NCBI GenBank assembly: GCA_031412835.1
Contig: JANODS010000449.1
Location: forward strand, 1-34,031
Origin: Acidobacteriota bacterium
GTDB lineage: Bacteria > Acidobacteriota > Terriglobia > Bryobacterales > Bryobacteraceae
Direction of reading: 5' to 3'
Length of the DNA stretch: 34,031 nucleotides
The translations under genes were made by a program, and so were the position numbers. Below the pieces are notes generated by a model. The model worked only from the letters and a program-made list of their open reading frames with translations. It ran no database searches and was not told the DNA's origin. Positions within the stretch are counted from its first letter, which is position 1. The number at the start of each line of letters is the position of its first letter. Positions 15,992-25,427 of the stretch are shown piece after piece.

Positions 15992-17242
15992 TCACTTCGG
16001 CGTGATGTGGATCAGCGCGCCGGGATTGGCGTCTTCGAGCATCCAGAGCGAACCATCCGGGGCCTGTTCGACGTCGCGGATGCGTTTGCCGACCTCCCAG
16101 CGCTCGGCCATTTTGGCTCCGCCTTTGCCATCGAAGACGATGCGGTTGAGCGATTTGGTGGCCAACCCGCTGATGAAACCATTGCCGTCCCATTGGGGGA
16201 AGGTTTTCGAGCCGCGATAGAACATCAGGTTGCCGGGGGCGACGACGGGTACCCAGTAGAGCACGGGCTTGGTCAAGTCGGCGCGGGTGTCGTGGCTGGG
16301 AATGGACACTTCGTTATAGTTCATGCCATAGGACACGAAGGGCCAGCCATAGTTTTTGCCCTTTTCGATCAGGTTCAGCTCGTCGCCGCCTCGTGGGCCA
16401 TGTTCGACCTCCCACAATTCCCCGGTGGGAGAGAAGGCCAAGCCGTAGGGAGCGCGGAAGCCGCTAGCCCAGGTCTCCGCTGGGGTATCGTTGGCACTGG
16501 GGAAGGTATAGGTGCTGACGGGCTTGGCGGACTTGGCGACTTCCGTGTCGCGGGGGGGATCGATTAAGGAGATGGTGGCCGCGCCGGTTTTGCCGAAGTT
16601 GGGATTACCGGGGGCGGGTTTGCCTTCAAGGGTCAGACGCAGGATTTTGCCGACGGGCTGGTCGGGATCCTGGGCCGGGGTCATCCGTTGGCGGTCGCCG
16701 ACGGTCATATAGATGAACTTTCCATCGGGCGAGAAGGCGATTTGCCCGCCGGCCTGACCGCCCTTGCCTCGGGGCAGTTGGCGCCATAGCACCTTGAAAT
16801 CTTCGAGGCGGGGAACGCGTCCGGTAACTAGTTTGGCGCGGGCCAAGGCCTGGCCTCCGCCGTAGTCACCGGGCTCAATATAAGTGATGTAGATGCTCTG
16901 GTCGGTGGCATAATTCGGCGAGACGAAGACGCCGAGCATTCCGTTCTGGCCCTGCCAATAGACGGCGGGCGTATTGGAGAGAGGGGCGATTTTTTCTCCC
17001 GCCGAGGAGACGAGCCAGATGGGTCCGATCTTTTCGGTCACCAGCATTTGACCATCCGGCAAAAAAGCGATGCGCCACGGCAGTGAGAACGTGGACACGG
17101 TGGTCATTTTGAAGGGAAGCGTAGCTTCGGGGCTTTTCGGGCCCACATTGACTTGGGCCCAAGCCGCCGCCGCCAAGCCGAAAAACAGCGCCGCGCTAGT
17201 CATTGTCATCGTCATTCTCTTTGTTTCGCTAGTAAGAGCCAT
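15992..17242 (-). CDS. PQQ-dependent sugar dehydrogenase (soluble glucose/sorbosone dehydrogenase family)
   Basis: 416 aa with a signal peptide. It shows beta-propeller GSDH motifs: GLAFSPTGELWEVEHGPRGGDELNLIEKGKNYGWP and APDGSLWMLED. Confidence 0.8.
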   Translation of the reverse strand: MALTSETKRMTMTMTSAALFFGLAAAAWAQVNVGPKSPEATLPFKMTTVSTFSLPWRIAFLPDGQMLVTEKIGPIWLVSSAGEKIAPLSNTPAVYWQGQNGMLGVFVSPNYATDQSIYITYIEPGDYGGGQALARAKLVTGRVPRLEDFKVLWRQLPRGKGGQAGGQIAFSPDGKFIYMTVGDRQRMTPAQDPDQPVGKILRLTLEGKPAPGNPNFGKTGAATISLIDPPRDTEVAKSAKPVSTYTFPSANDTPAETWASGFRAPYGLAFSPTGELWEVEHGPRGGDELNLIEKGKNYGWPFVSYGMNYNEVSIPSHDTRADLTKPVLYWVPVVAPGNLMFYRGSKTFPQWDGNGFISGLATKSLNRIVFDGKGGAKMAERWEVGKRIRDVEQAPDGSLWMLEDANPGALIHITPK

Positions 17243-17405
17243 AATTCAGTATACGAGCGGATGGCAGCGAACAGGGAAACAAGGTGAACCGTCGGACCGG
17301 CATTTCGAGGACGCACAGCGTAGGTTGCTGTTAAATCGGGGTGATGGGGTCGCGGCAAGACCAAAGGCCCTCGTTTTCCCGCTTGGCCCGGCCCCCCCCA
17401 GAAGC

Positions 17406-20400
17406 TTAGTCGATGACTCTAACCGAAACCTGGGTACTCTGTCCGCCCTGGGTAACGGTCAGAGGGATGTCCATTCCCAGCGGAACGGATCGAGGGACCA
17501 GCGCATTTATCTGGAAGACCCCGACTTGACCAGGAGCGAGCCCGGCGAATTGAATCGAGAGTGCCTGGCCTCCTATCAGAACGGAGGGAGGAACCACCGC
17601 GACCGGCGTTGGAGCGGAACCCGCCGCGACTCCAGCCTCGATGACCGGCACTGTGTTGCCGAGTCCGGTCAGGTAGATTGTAATTGTATCTTCCCGATGG
17701 ATCGGATTCGATAGCGTAACAAGCTCCTGATTTCGGGATCGCACGATGGTCGGCACGCCGGCGTCGAAACCAGCCACAGAGGATCGAAAGATACTGGGTG
17801 CCGTCGGCTGAACCGTAAGATTGAAATTGTCGCTAACGCCGCCCGGGGTTCGGAGGATCATGGTGACGTTCCCTTCGATTTGGTACGGCAACTGAGCGTT
17901 GATCTGGTTCGGCGAGACAAGGATCATTGGAATTGGCAAACCGTTGACCGTAAGGCAACTCTCCCCTAGCGCGGTGGGCAGCGGGATCACGCTGCTCGCC
18001 TGACTAACAGGACTTAGGTTAGAACCGAAGATGGTCACCAAGCTGCCTGGGGCAGCAATGGCGGTCTGGTCCGCTGCGTTCACGAGGCGATCTATCCGGG
18101 GGACTGTAACCGCCGAATCGTAGGTCCACGGCAAAATCGTGACTCCGCTGACCGACAGGTTGGCGATAGCGTTGCGGCTATAGAGCGGTGCCAGGGTCCG
18201 AGTAAAGACGGAGCCGGTTTCGCCCAACAAGGGAGCTTCTACCATGCGAGTTGATCGCATTTCGGAACCGACACCCACAAGATTCAACCGTTGAATGATT
18301 CCAGGGCTACCCAAGGATGCGGCAGTCGTCCGAATTCCAGTTGCATCGACAAAGGAGAACCCTGAGCTCGTCGCGCTGGATGCGTCGAACGATCGAACGG
18401 ACACGAGCGAGGAATTGAACAGACGATTCCCAATCACGTATTGATCAAAGCTTGATGCCGCATAAGCTCCAGCTACTCCGCCGGTGTCTTTCCGGCCGAC
18501 GGTGAACGTATCCACGTTCGCGTTGTAGAGAAGCAAATTGCCATCTGCCTGCGCGACCAGTATGGAAGCACCATTGGCACTGGCGACCAGCACGGTATTC
18601 AGGTTGATTTTGTTTTCGAAGATCCCAAGGGAGGGCAACTCCACCGCGGAGCGAGTCGTCATGTCGACTCGGTCAATGGTGTGATTCGGCCCAGCAACTC
18701 GACTCGCGACGAGAATCGCTCGTCCTGAAGCAGCGATTGATCGTGGATAGTGGCCACCCGGCATCCGAATAGGAGCCTCGGCTTGGAGGGTTTCGAGATC
18801 GAAAACGCTGATGATCTGGGCGTTGTCGTGGCCCACCAGGAGTTGGCGCCGGTCAAAAGTAACGGCAAGCTGCGTCGGGGTATTGCTCGTCTTGAGCGTG
18901 GCAATTTGACTATGCGACTGCCCGTCAAACACCAGTACCTGATTCCGGTCCTGACGCAATACGAAGTATCGGTCACGAAACGGGTCGGGCAGGATATCAA
19001 CCAGCTTTCCCGGAACGTTGAGACTCAATCCCCTTTGGTCTGGCTCTTTGTTGTTGACAAGAATTCGCATGGGGAACGGCACATTGATTGCTTCGGCGGC
19101 CCGTACGGTCAACGTTCCGACATTGGTACCCTTCAGGTTCTGAAACGTCGCAGGATCTAAGCGAAGCGTAATTGTCGCCGGGGTTATCCCGGAACTAGGG
19201 CTGACGGTCACGCCGGCCATCGTTGTCGAGACGGTAAACGGAACGCGAGAACCTCCAATGCCCGAAACGACGACTTGCCGGGTAGTTGCTTGGCGCTCGC
19301 AAAACGAGCTCTGGAAGACAACGTCTTCGCCAGAAAACGCGACCCTGGGAAGCGATTCCAATGAGCCGATGGGGAAGATCGTGACGCCACTTTCTGAGAT
19401 GGAGTAGAGCGTATTCCCGTCACTACTCATCAGACTGCGTCCCGAGAGGTTCTCCGATAGCTGGAGGCGCTCAATGACAGCCAAGTTGTCAATATCGAGT
19501 ACCTGCAGAAAAGGAGGCTCTGAAGCAGTGGCGGAACCGCCACTCGTTGCTCCCGCTTTTGTCATTTGGGCAAAGATCAGGCCTCGGCTCGAATCCATCA
19601 CGTGGCTGCCCACGTTGAGAATTCCAGAAGGATCGGGAAACTGAGCCACAAGGTTCCCTTGCTGGTCGTGTAAGGCCCACCCCGCCAGGTAGCTGGTACC
19701 CTCCCGGTTGACGCTCACTACCCGCGGCCCGAGGGGAGGCGACGAAACCCACGCCAAAGCTCGCAATCGACGCGTCGAAACGTCGAAACTGAACTGGACA
19801 GTCTGACCGTCGGACGCGCCACCCGCCGCGACTCCATAGATCTTGAGACCGTCGCCGGATGTCGCCATCGAACTGGCCACGATATTAGTCGGAGCGTTCC
19901 CAACTGGCGTGGGTAAGGTCTTTGTGGTAACTCCCTGAATCGTGTCGAGCGTCAGCGTTATGCCAGTGGCTGGATCAAGTAATATGAAATCCGTCGTCGT
20001 GACGATAAGCGCCTTGTTATCAATACCGAAGGCAACTCCGAGGGGCGGTTGGCCCATCGAGAAGGTCTGTCGTGTGTTCGATACGAGGTCCAAGATCGAT
20101 AGTGAATTCTGGCTGGACGCCGGTGCCTGGAAATTGCCATAGTGGCAGATCACAAGATAGCGACCGTCCGGGGAAAGCGCCAGGGAACTCGGAAACGGAG
20201 CGACGTTGATTGAGGTCTGAACCGAGCTGGTGGAAAGCGATACGACATCTACGCGATTCGCCGTGAAATTGGCAACGTAGAGCACCCGCCTCGCCTCATC
20301 CAACGCGAGGTCCGACGCTTGGCCGCCCACCGCAACGACACGTCCAAACGTGGCCGCGTGACCGGTAGCACCAAGACATAAGGCCAGCAGCAGCAAACCA

Positions 20401-20447
20401 GTTGAGCGCACTCGACGACCGAATTTTCCAGGCATAATTAACTCCAT
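17406..20447 (-). CDS. Large secreted beta-propeller repeat protein with a Solibacter-type C-terminal domain (TIGR03437-like)
   Basis: 1013 aa with a signal peptide. YVTN-like repeats are present (VLYVANFTANRVDVV, DGRYLVI). The C-terminus reads APGSLVTIFGSNLS...LTVNGLPIPMILVSPNQINAQLPY...TIYLTGLG...IGGQALSIQFAGLAPGQVGVFQINALVP. The more likely start is ATG 20435, with GGAG 6 nt upstream, rather than 20447. Confidence 0.8.
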   Translation of the reverse strand: MELIMPGKFGRRVRSTGLLLLALCLGATGHAATFGRVVAVGGQASDLALDEARRVLYVANFTANRVDVVSLSTSSVQTSINVAPFPSSLALSPDGRYLVICHYGNFQAPASSQNSLSILDLVSNTRQTFSMGQPPLGVAFGIDNKALIVTTTDFILLDPATGITLTLDTIQGVTTKTLPTPVGNAPTNIVASSMATSGDGLKIYGVAAGGASDGQTVQFSFDVSTRRLRALAWVSSPPLGPRVVSVNREGTSYLAGWALHDQQGNLVAQFPDPSGILNVGSHVMDSSRGLIFAQMTKAGATSGGSATASEPPFLQVLDIDNLAVIERLQLSENLSGRSLMSSDGNTLYSISESGVTIFPIGSLESLPRVAFSGEDVVFQSSFCERQATTRQVVVSGIGGSRVPFTVSTTMAGVTVSPSSGITPATITLRLDPATFQNLKGTNVGTLTVRAAEAINVPFPMRILVNNKEPDQRGLSLNVPGKLVDILPDPFRDRYFVLRQDRNQVLVFDGQSHSQIATLKTSNTPTQLAVTFDRRQLLVGHDNAQIISVFDLETLQAEAPIRMPGGHYPRSIAASGRAILVASRVAGPNHTIDRVDMTTRSAVELPSLGIFENKINLNTVLVASANGASILVAQADGNLLLYNANVDTFTVGRKDTGGVAGAYAASSFDQYVIGNRLFNSSLVSVRSFDASSATSSGFSFVDATGIRTTAASLGSPGIIQRLNLVGVGSEMRSTRMVEAPLLGETGSVFTRTLAPLYSRNAIANLSVSGVTILPWTYDSAVTVPRIDRLVNAADQTAIAAPGSLVTIFGSNLSPVSQASSVIPLPTALGESCLTVNGLPIPMILVSPNQINAQLPYQIEGNVTMILRTPGGVSDNFNLTVQPTAPSIFRSSVAGFDAGVPTIVRSRNQELVTLSNPIHREDTITIYLTGLGNTVPVIEAGVAAGSAPTPVAVVPPSVLIGGQALSIQFAGLAPGQVGVFQINALVPRSVPLGMDIPLTVTQGGQSTQVSVRVID

Positions 20448-20564
20448 CGAAATTGAAATTCTTCTTCTGACGTCCAGTCTTTACTCTTGGCCGGGCAATC
20501 CGACCGAAGGTGCCCATCTTGCAGGCAGCCGAACGACTTTGACTTTACGCCAATGAACTATCTT

Positions 20565-20590
20565 TCTTGACCAGCCATCTTGACCAGCCA
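20565..20590. repeat. Perfect tandem direct repeat, 2 x 13 bp (TCTTGACCAGCCA)
   Basis: Read directly: 20565-20577 is identical to 20578-20590. It lies in the AT-rich spacer between the 30-aa ORF and the 1013-aa gene. Each unit contains TTGACC. Confidence 0.9.
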
Positions 20591-20641
20591 CATACAGCGC
20601 ATTGTCTATTTTCGTTTCTTGAAAGTAGCTTTTGACAGCTA

Positions 20642-20734
20642 TTATTCTTCGGTCTTGCGACGACGTAGCACAATCAACCCGATAAAGGCCGCCGCTAGCG
20701 CCGCGCAGATAATTCTGACCATTGATTCATCCAT
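20642..20734 (-). CDS. Small single-TM protein, 30 aa (MDESMVRIICAALAAAFIGLIVLRRRKTEE), absent from the ORF track
   Basis: Hand translation gives ATG at 20734 and TAA at 20642-20644. It is preceded by AAAAAGGAGAAAAAAC-ATG, giving a 7-nt spacer. It lies 69 nt downstream of tadC on the same strand. It has a hydrophobic core followed by an RRRK anchor. Confidence 0.5.
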   Translation of the reverse strand: MDESMVRIICAALAAAFIGLIVLRRRKTEE

Positions 20735-20740
20735 GTTTTT

Positions 20741-20745
20741 TCTCC
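20741..20745 (-). promoter_or_regulatory. Shine-Dalgarno sequence (GGAGA) for the 30-aa ORF
   Basis: Plus-strand tctcc at 20741-20745, flanked by A-runs on the coding strand. This is the best SD I noted in the window. Confidence 0.5.
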
Positions 20746-20803
20746 TTTTTCCTACGACCGGCTGCGATAATCTTTCGCGCCGGGCACTTCAAAGCCACAC
20801 CAC

Positions 20804-21724
20804 CTAGATGCTATTCATCATTGGCAGCAATTCCCGCATAATCTTGAACGCCATTGGCCCGACGGTTACGACGAACAATGACGGCAAGATGCAGAAAAAA
20901 ATCGGGAAAATCAGTTTAACGCCGAGCTTGGCGGCCTTTTCCTCGGCGATCTGGCGGGCTTGAACCCGCATATAGTCGGCGTGAGCTCGCAGGCTTTGGG
21001 CGATTCCAGTTCCGAAGCGATCGGCCTGGATTAAGACGGCAACTAACTTTTTCAAATCTTCTACAGAGGTTCGTTCAGCCAGGTTGCGAAGGGCCTCGAC
21101 CCGTCGCTTTCCCGCTTTGAGCTCCAAATTCACCATCGTGAACTCCTCGGCGATCTCCCGATGGGCGTGCTCCAGTTCCTTGGCGACCTGCATGATGGCT
21201 TGATCGAGGCCCAAACCGCTCTCAACGCAAACGACCAGAAGATCGAGCCCGTTTGCCAAACCTCGCTGAATTTCCTTCTGTCTTTTTTGCGACTTGATTT
21301 TGACGTACTCATTGGGGCCGAAGAATCCTGCGGCCGCCGAGGCGAGGATGGCTAAAATTTTGTTTGATGAGTCAGATTCCGAGTTGGCGACCAAAAGACT
21401 CATTGCCACCGGCATCGCAACGCCGAAGAACACTTTGCATCCATACAGGATCCGCAAGGCGTTTTCGCCCTTGATCCCAGCTCGGATGAGACGCCGCCGC
21501 ATGACGGTTACGTCTTTGGGAGAGGTCGGAAGAACCGTTCCCATCTTCTTGATGAGATCGTGAAAGACGAGGCTCGGGTGAGAAGGGATTCGCTCGGGGA
21601 CATGGACACCAGCATTGGTGACCCGCTCAATCGCCTCTTTGGGGCGAACCCACATCCGCATTCCAACCAGCGAAATGGCCAGAGCGACAGCAAAGAACAC
21701 GACAAATGTGAGTAAGAACGCCAT
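20804..21724 (-). CDS. tadC: Tad pilus inner-membrane platform protein TadC (T2SS-F domain)
   Basis: 306 aa with N- and C-terminal TM segments flanking a helical T2SSF-like domain (LDLLVVCVESGLGLDQAI). It follows tadB after a 3-nt gap. Confidence 0.8.
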   Translation of the reverse strand: MAFLLTFVVFFAVALAISLVGMRMWVRPKEAIERVTNAGVHVPERIPSHPSLVFHDLIKKMGTVLPTSPKDVTVMRRRLIRAGIKGENALRILYGCKVFFGVAMPVAMSLLVANSESDSSNKILAILASAAAGFFGPNEYVKIKSQKRQKEIQRGLANGLDLLVVCVESGLGLDQAIMQVAKELEHAHREIAEEFTMVNLELKAGKRRVEALRNLAERTSVEDLKKLVAVLIQADRFGTGIAQSLRAHADYMRVQARQIAEEKAAKLGVKLIFPIFFCILPSLFVVTVGPMAFKIMRELLPMMNSI

Positions 21725-21727
21725 GCC

Positions 21728-22741
21728 TTAAACCTCTATGTCCACGATCTTCTGGATGAAGAAATAGCCGAGCATTTGTAACGCAACAGCCGCCACCATC
21801 ATGATGTTTCCCATCTCGTCGTTAACGAAGAACCGAACGTAGTCCGGATTCGTCCAAAAAGTCAAAACGGCGACACCGATCGGAATACTACTAAGCGCGA
21901 TCCCGGTCATCCGTCCGTGAGCGCTGATGGCCTTGATTCGTCCTCGAAGTTTGAATCGTTCGCGAATGATGTACGCCAACTTGTCCAAAATTTCGGCAAG
22001 ATTTCCGCCGGTTCTTTTTTGCAGCATTACGGCGGAGACAAAGAACTGCACATCGAGCAGGGGTACACGGTGGCCCAATTTCTCGAGCGCCAGTTCGAGA
22101 GGCATCCCGAGGTTGTGCTCTTCAAAAGTGCGGCGAAACTCTCCGGCAAGCGGCTCCTGGAATTCCCGGTGGATCATTTCCAGCGAGACCGAGAAACCAT
22201 GGCCAGCCCGCATTGAGCGCGCCACAAACTCCAAGCTCTCCGGAAACTGCTCTTCGAACTTGGCTATCCGGGAACTTCGTGTCCGCGCCACATGAAGAAT
22301 CGGCAGGAACATAAAGCCCAAAGCTGGAACGAAGGCGAAGTGAACCAGTTGAGGCGGCAGGAAGAACCAAGCGACGGCGAACGCCACGAGAAAACAGCCT
22401 AGACAAGCGTGCACCAGCCGCGCCACACCCCATTTGAGACCGGCCTGCTCCAGCATCGTCTGGAGTCGGTCTTGCAATTCCAGCTTCTGCAGAAGCCGAA
22501 GCGCAACTTTACCGGTCGTTAGATCTTCCTTTGAAATCAGATCCAGCTTTTTCGTGGGAGCCTTCGCGACCTTAACAGGAGCGCCCTGCAGACGACTCCG
22601 CACTTTCCCAAGGTCAATGTTGCGGAAATAGCGATTGACCAGCCACCAGGCACCCATGGCCACGGCCCAGACCAATACGAGAATTGAAAGAAAGGTGAAC
22701 ATGTTGTCGATACCGGTCAGTGGGTCAAATCTAGAATCCAA
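21728..22741 (-). CDS. tadB: Tad pilus inner-membrane platform protein TadB (T2SS-F domain)
   Basis: 337 aa with a T2SSF-like core (FPESLEFVARSMRAGHGFSVSLEMI) and TM segments at both ends. Confidence 0.8.
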   Translation of the reverse strand: MDSRFDPLTGIDNMFTFLSILVLVWAVAMGAWWLVNRYFRNIDLGKVRSRLQGAPVKVAKAPTKKLDLISKEDLTTGKVALRLLQKLELQDRLQTMLEQAGLKWGVARLVHACLGCFLVAFAVAWFFLPPQLVHFAFVPALGFMFLPILHVARTRSSRIAKFEEQFPESLEFVARSMRAGHGFSVSLEMIHREFQEPLAGEFRRTFEEHNLGMPLELALEKLGHRVPLLDVQFFVSAVMLQKRTGGNLAEILDKLAYIIRERFKLRGRIKAISAHGRMTGIALSSIPIGVAVLTFWTNPDYVRFFVNDEMGNIMMVAAVALQMLGYFFIQKIVDIEV

Positions 22742-22749
22742 AGTTGAGG

Positions 22750-24117
22750 CTACGGAACCTCTAGTACTTCATCGAACAAATCGGTCCTTAACTTGATACC
22801 CGCGGCAAGTAATTTTTCGTAGAATTTCGGACGGATGCCTGTGGCGGCGAATCGACCGAGGACTTCGTTGTTGGGGCCCAAGCCCCGTTTCTCGAAAACA
22901 AAGATATCTTGCAGCGTTACGACATCGCCTTCCATTCCCGTGACCTCAGTGATGCTGGTCACACGGCGCGTCCCGTCGGAGAGTCGAGCCGCTTGCACAA
23001 AGATGTGGACCGCACTGGCGATCTGCTGCCGAATGGAGATCAATTGCATGTTTGCATTGGCAAGTGAGACCATCACCTCCAGCCGAGCGACCGCATCGCG
23101 TGGGGTATTGGCGTGGACGGTTGTCAGCGAACCATCGTGGCCCGTGTTCATCGCCTGCAACATGTCGAGCGCTTCTCCGCCGCGGACTTCACCGACAACG
23201 ATTCGGTCGGGCCGCATACGCAGCGAGTTGATCAGTAGCTCCCGCTGGCGGATTGCTCCGTTCCCTTCGAGGTTCGCGGGGCGGGTTTCGAGCCGAGCGA
23301 CGTGAGGTTGTTTCAACTGAAGCTCCGCTGCGTCCTCAATCGTTACAATTCGTTCCTTCGGAGCGATAAAGGCCGATAGCGCGTTAAGAAGGGTTGTCTT
23401 GCCGGCACCGGTACCACCCGCGATGATGATATTCATGTGTGCTTTGACGGCGGCCTCGAGCAATTCCATCATCCCCTGCGTGAGCGCTTTTTTCGAGACC
23501 AGATCGGCCGGCATCAGCTTGTCCTGGGAGAATCGACGAATCGACATCAGGGGCCCATCGAGCGCCAGCGGCGGGATGATCGCGTTGACGCGGGAACCGT
23601 CCGCCAGTCGAGCATCGACCATGGGGTTGGATTCGTCGACTCGGCGTCCGACTTGAGACACAATCTTGTCGATGATTCGCAGCAAATGCTGATCGTCACG
23701 AAAAGTAACGTTTGTGAGTTCGAGCAGCCCTCGGCGTTCAACATAAACCTGTTTGCTGCCGTTGACGAGGATGTCGGAGATGGTCGGGTCCGCCAAGAGC
23801 GGTTCAAGCGGACCGAGGCCAAAGACTTCATCGAGCACTTCGTCGCAGATCTGCTGTTTTTCGACCGAGCTGAGCAGCGTCGGCTCTCCGTCGATTAAGG
23901 TGATGAGCGCCTGACGAACCTCGCCCCTCACCCTTTGGTTGTCAATGGTGGCGAGAGCTTCCAGATTGATCTTGTCGAGAAGTTTTCGGTGAAGTGTAAA
24001 CTTCAGTTCCTGATACTCAGGCTTCGGCCCAGATCGTTTCTGGGTCGAATTCTTCATCAGGCGTTGTTCCCAACTCAGTTGTTGGGCGGTTTTAGGTTCG
24101 ATACTGGAAATGGCCAT
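22750..24117 (-). CDS. cpaF: Tad pilus secretion ATPase CpaF/TadA
   Basis: 455 aa. Motifs seen: Walker [15 protein letters not shown], Asp box [10 protein letters not shown], Walker [13 protein letters not shown], His box [12 protein letters not shown]. Confidence 0.92.
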   Translation of the reverse strand: MAISSIEPKTAQQLSWEQRLMKNSTQKRSGPKPEYQELKFTLHRKLLDKINLEALATIDNQRVRGEVRQALITLIDGEPTLLSSVEKQQICDEVLDEVFGLGPLEPLLADPTISDILVNGSKQVYVERRGLLELTNVTFRDDQHLLRIIDKIVSQVGRRVDESNPMVDARLADGSRVNAIIPPLALDGPLMSIRRFSQDKLMPADLVSKKALTQGMMELLEAAVKAHMNIIIAGGTGAGKTTLLNALSAFIAPKERIVTIEDAAELQLKQPHVARLETRPANLEGNGAIRQRELLINSLRMRPDRIVVGEVRGGEALDMLQAMNTGHDGSLTTVHANTPRDAVARLEVMVSLANANMQLISIRQQIASAVHIFVQAARLSDGTRRVTSITEVTGMEGDVVTLQDIFVFEKRGLGPNNEVLGRFAATGIRPKFYEKLLAAGIKLRTDLFDEVLEVP

Positions 24118-24162
24118 TTAGGTCTCCATCAACGCGATTTGAACTTGTACGGAACGGGTATT

Positions 24163-25359
24163 TTAGATCTGCGAGAGTGCCGGACTAGACCCGAATAAGG
24201 TGGATGTCTTCTTCTTTTCGGAGGCCGTAATGCCAGCGATTTTGCCGGCCAGCCCTTCGAGGGCTCGGACGAGTTCACAGTCTCCGGTGAGCGGCTCTCC
24301 GCGAGTCACCACGCGGTGAAGAGAAAAGTAGTCATTCGGAAGGGTTGTGTGGACGCCCGCGCTGAACATCTTCCCCAGATCGTTGCCATCGAGACCGTCC
24401 TTTCGGTTGAGCCGGTTGACGATCACACGCAACCTCTCACGATCAAAACCGAGTTGCTGGAGCATCTGGAGCGCCTTTCGGGTGAGGTGCAGGCTGGGAA
24501 GTTCCGCGGTCGTGACCAGAAAGCCGGAATCAGCATGAGCGAGAGACATTAAGCTGGATTTGTCGAATACGGTCGGAAGATCGAGGATGACGAAGTCGTA
24601 GAGAGTCCGCACCAGGTCCATGACCGTTTCGAGACGCGCGGCGTCGACCGGCGCCAGGTGGGGTTCGTCGGGACTCGCAAGGACATCAACACCATCAACG
24701 TCGGTGACCATCGCCGCGAACGATATGGGATCAAGCGGTGGGTCAACCGCCATGGCGTCCAACAGCGATTGTGGGTGCTGGACCTTCAGGTAGAACCCGA
24801 TCGTTCCTCCCATGAGGTCGAAGTCGGCCAGAAGCACCCGCTTTCCAGTCAACCGACGAATGGCGAACGCAACCTGCGCGGCGATCGTGGAGGCTCCCGA
24901 TCCAGGCTTAGTGCAAGCGAAAGACACGACCGTGGCAGCGCTCCGGGCGGCTCCTGGTTCTGGTAGGCTGAGACGAGCGATTCGGCCGGCGGCCTCGCGC
25001 TGCGATTCGTGATCGAACGGCTCGAAGAGGAACTCGGTCGCTCCCGCCCGCAGAACTTTGACAATCGCCTCTCCGTCCTGGCGGGCGTGGAGCCCAATCG
25101 CGTGAACTTGCGGGCGGTAGGCGGACAGGAACTGTAGAGTCGCACACGCCGCATCGAGATCCGACATCACATCGACGAGGACGACCTGAGGAGCCATCTG
25201 ACGAAGCCGCAGATCGAGCGCCTGCTCCGAAGGATAGGCGCGCAGATCGGCGATGATTTGGAACGTTTTTGCGGACGACAAAGATTTGCTGAATCGCTCC
25301 GCGAGGTCGCGGTTCGGCGAAATAAGCAGTGCCGTTAATGTGTTGTCTTTGAGACTCAT
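24163..25359 (-). CDS. cpaE: Tad pilus localisation/assembly ATPase-like protein CpaE/TadZ (pseudo-receiver plus ParA/MinD-like domain)
   Basis: 398 aa. The N-terminal receiver-like fold (VVLVDVMSD...VLRAGATEFLFEPFD) is followed by a ParA-like domain with a deviant P-loop (FACTKPGSGASTIAA). Confidence 0.8.
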   Translation of the reverse strand: MSLKDNTLTALLISPNRDLAERFSKSLSSAKTFQIIADLRAYPSEQALDLRLRQMAPQVVLVDVMSDLDAACATLQFLSAYRPQVHAIGLHARQDGEAIVKVLRAGATEFLFEPFDHESQREAAGRIARLSLPEPGAARSAATVVSFACTKPGSGASTIAAQVAFAIRRLTGKRVLLADFDLMGGTIGFYLKVQHPQSLLDAMAVDPPLDPISFAAMVTDVDGVDVLASPDEPHLAPVDAARLETVMDLVRTLYDFVILDLPTVFDKSSLMSLAHADSGFLVTTAELPSLHLTRKALQMLQQLGFDRERLRVIVNRLNRKDGLDGNDLGKMFSAGVHTTLPNDYFSLHRVVTRGEPLTGDCELVRALEGLAGKIAGITASEKKKTSTLFGSSPALSQI

Positions 25360-25427
25360 TGCAATTTGCTTTGCCTAGAAACGTGTGCAGCGACCGGAAC
25401 ATCCTGAAGTAACCGAACTGGGAGCGG

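Noticed and set aside
20565-20590. The TGGC-containing tandem repeat, read on the minus strand, could be a sigma-54 promoter for the 1013-aa gene.
   Set aside because: The GG-N10-GC spacing of the -24/-12 consensus is not satisfied in either register, and no TTGC element is present.
20580-20807. A 75-aa plus-strand ORF lies in the tadC-proximal spacer.
   Set aside because: It has no SD or motif, it overlaps the better-supported 30-aa minus-strand ORF, and its sequence is low-complexity.
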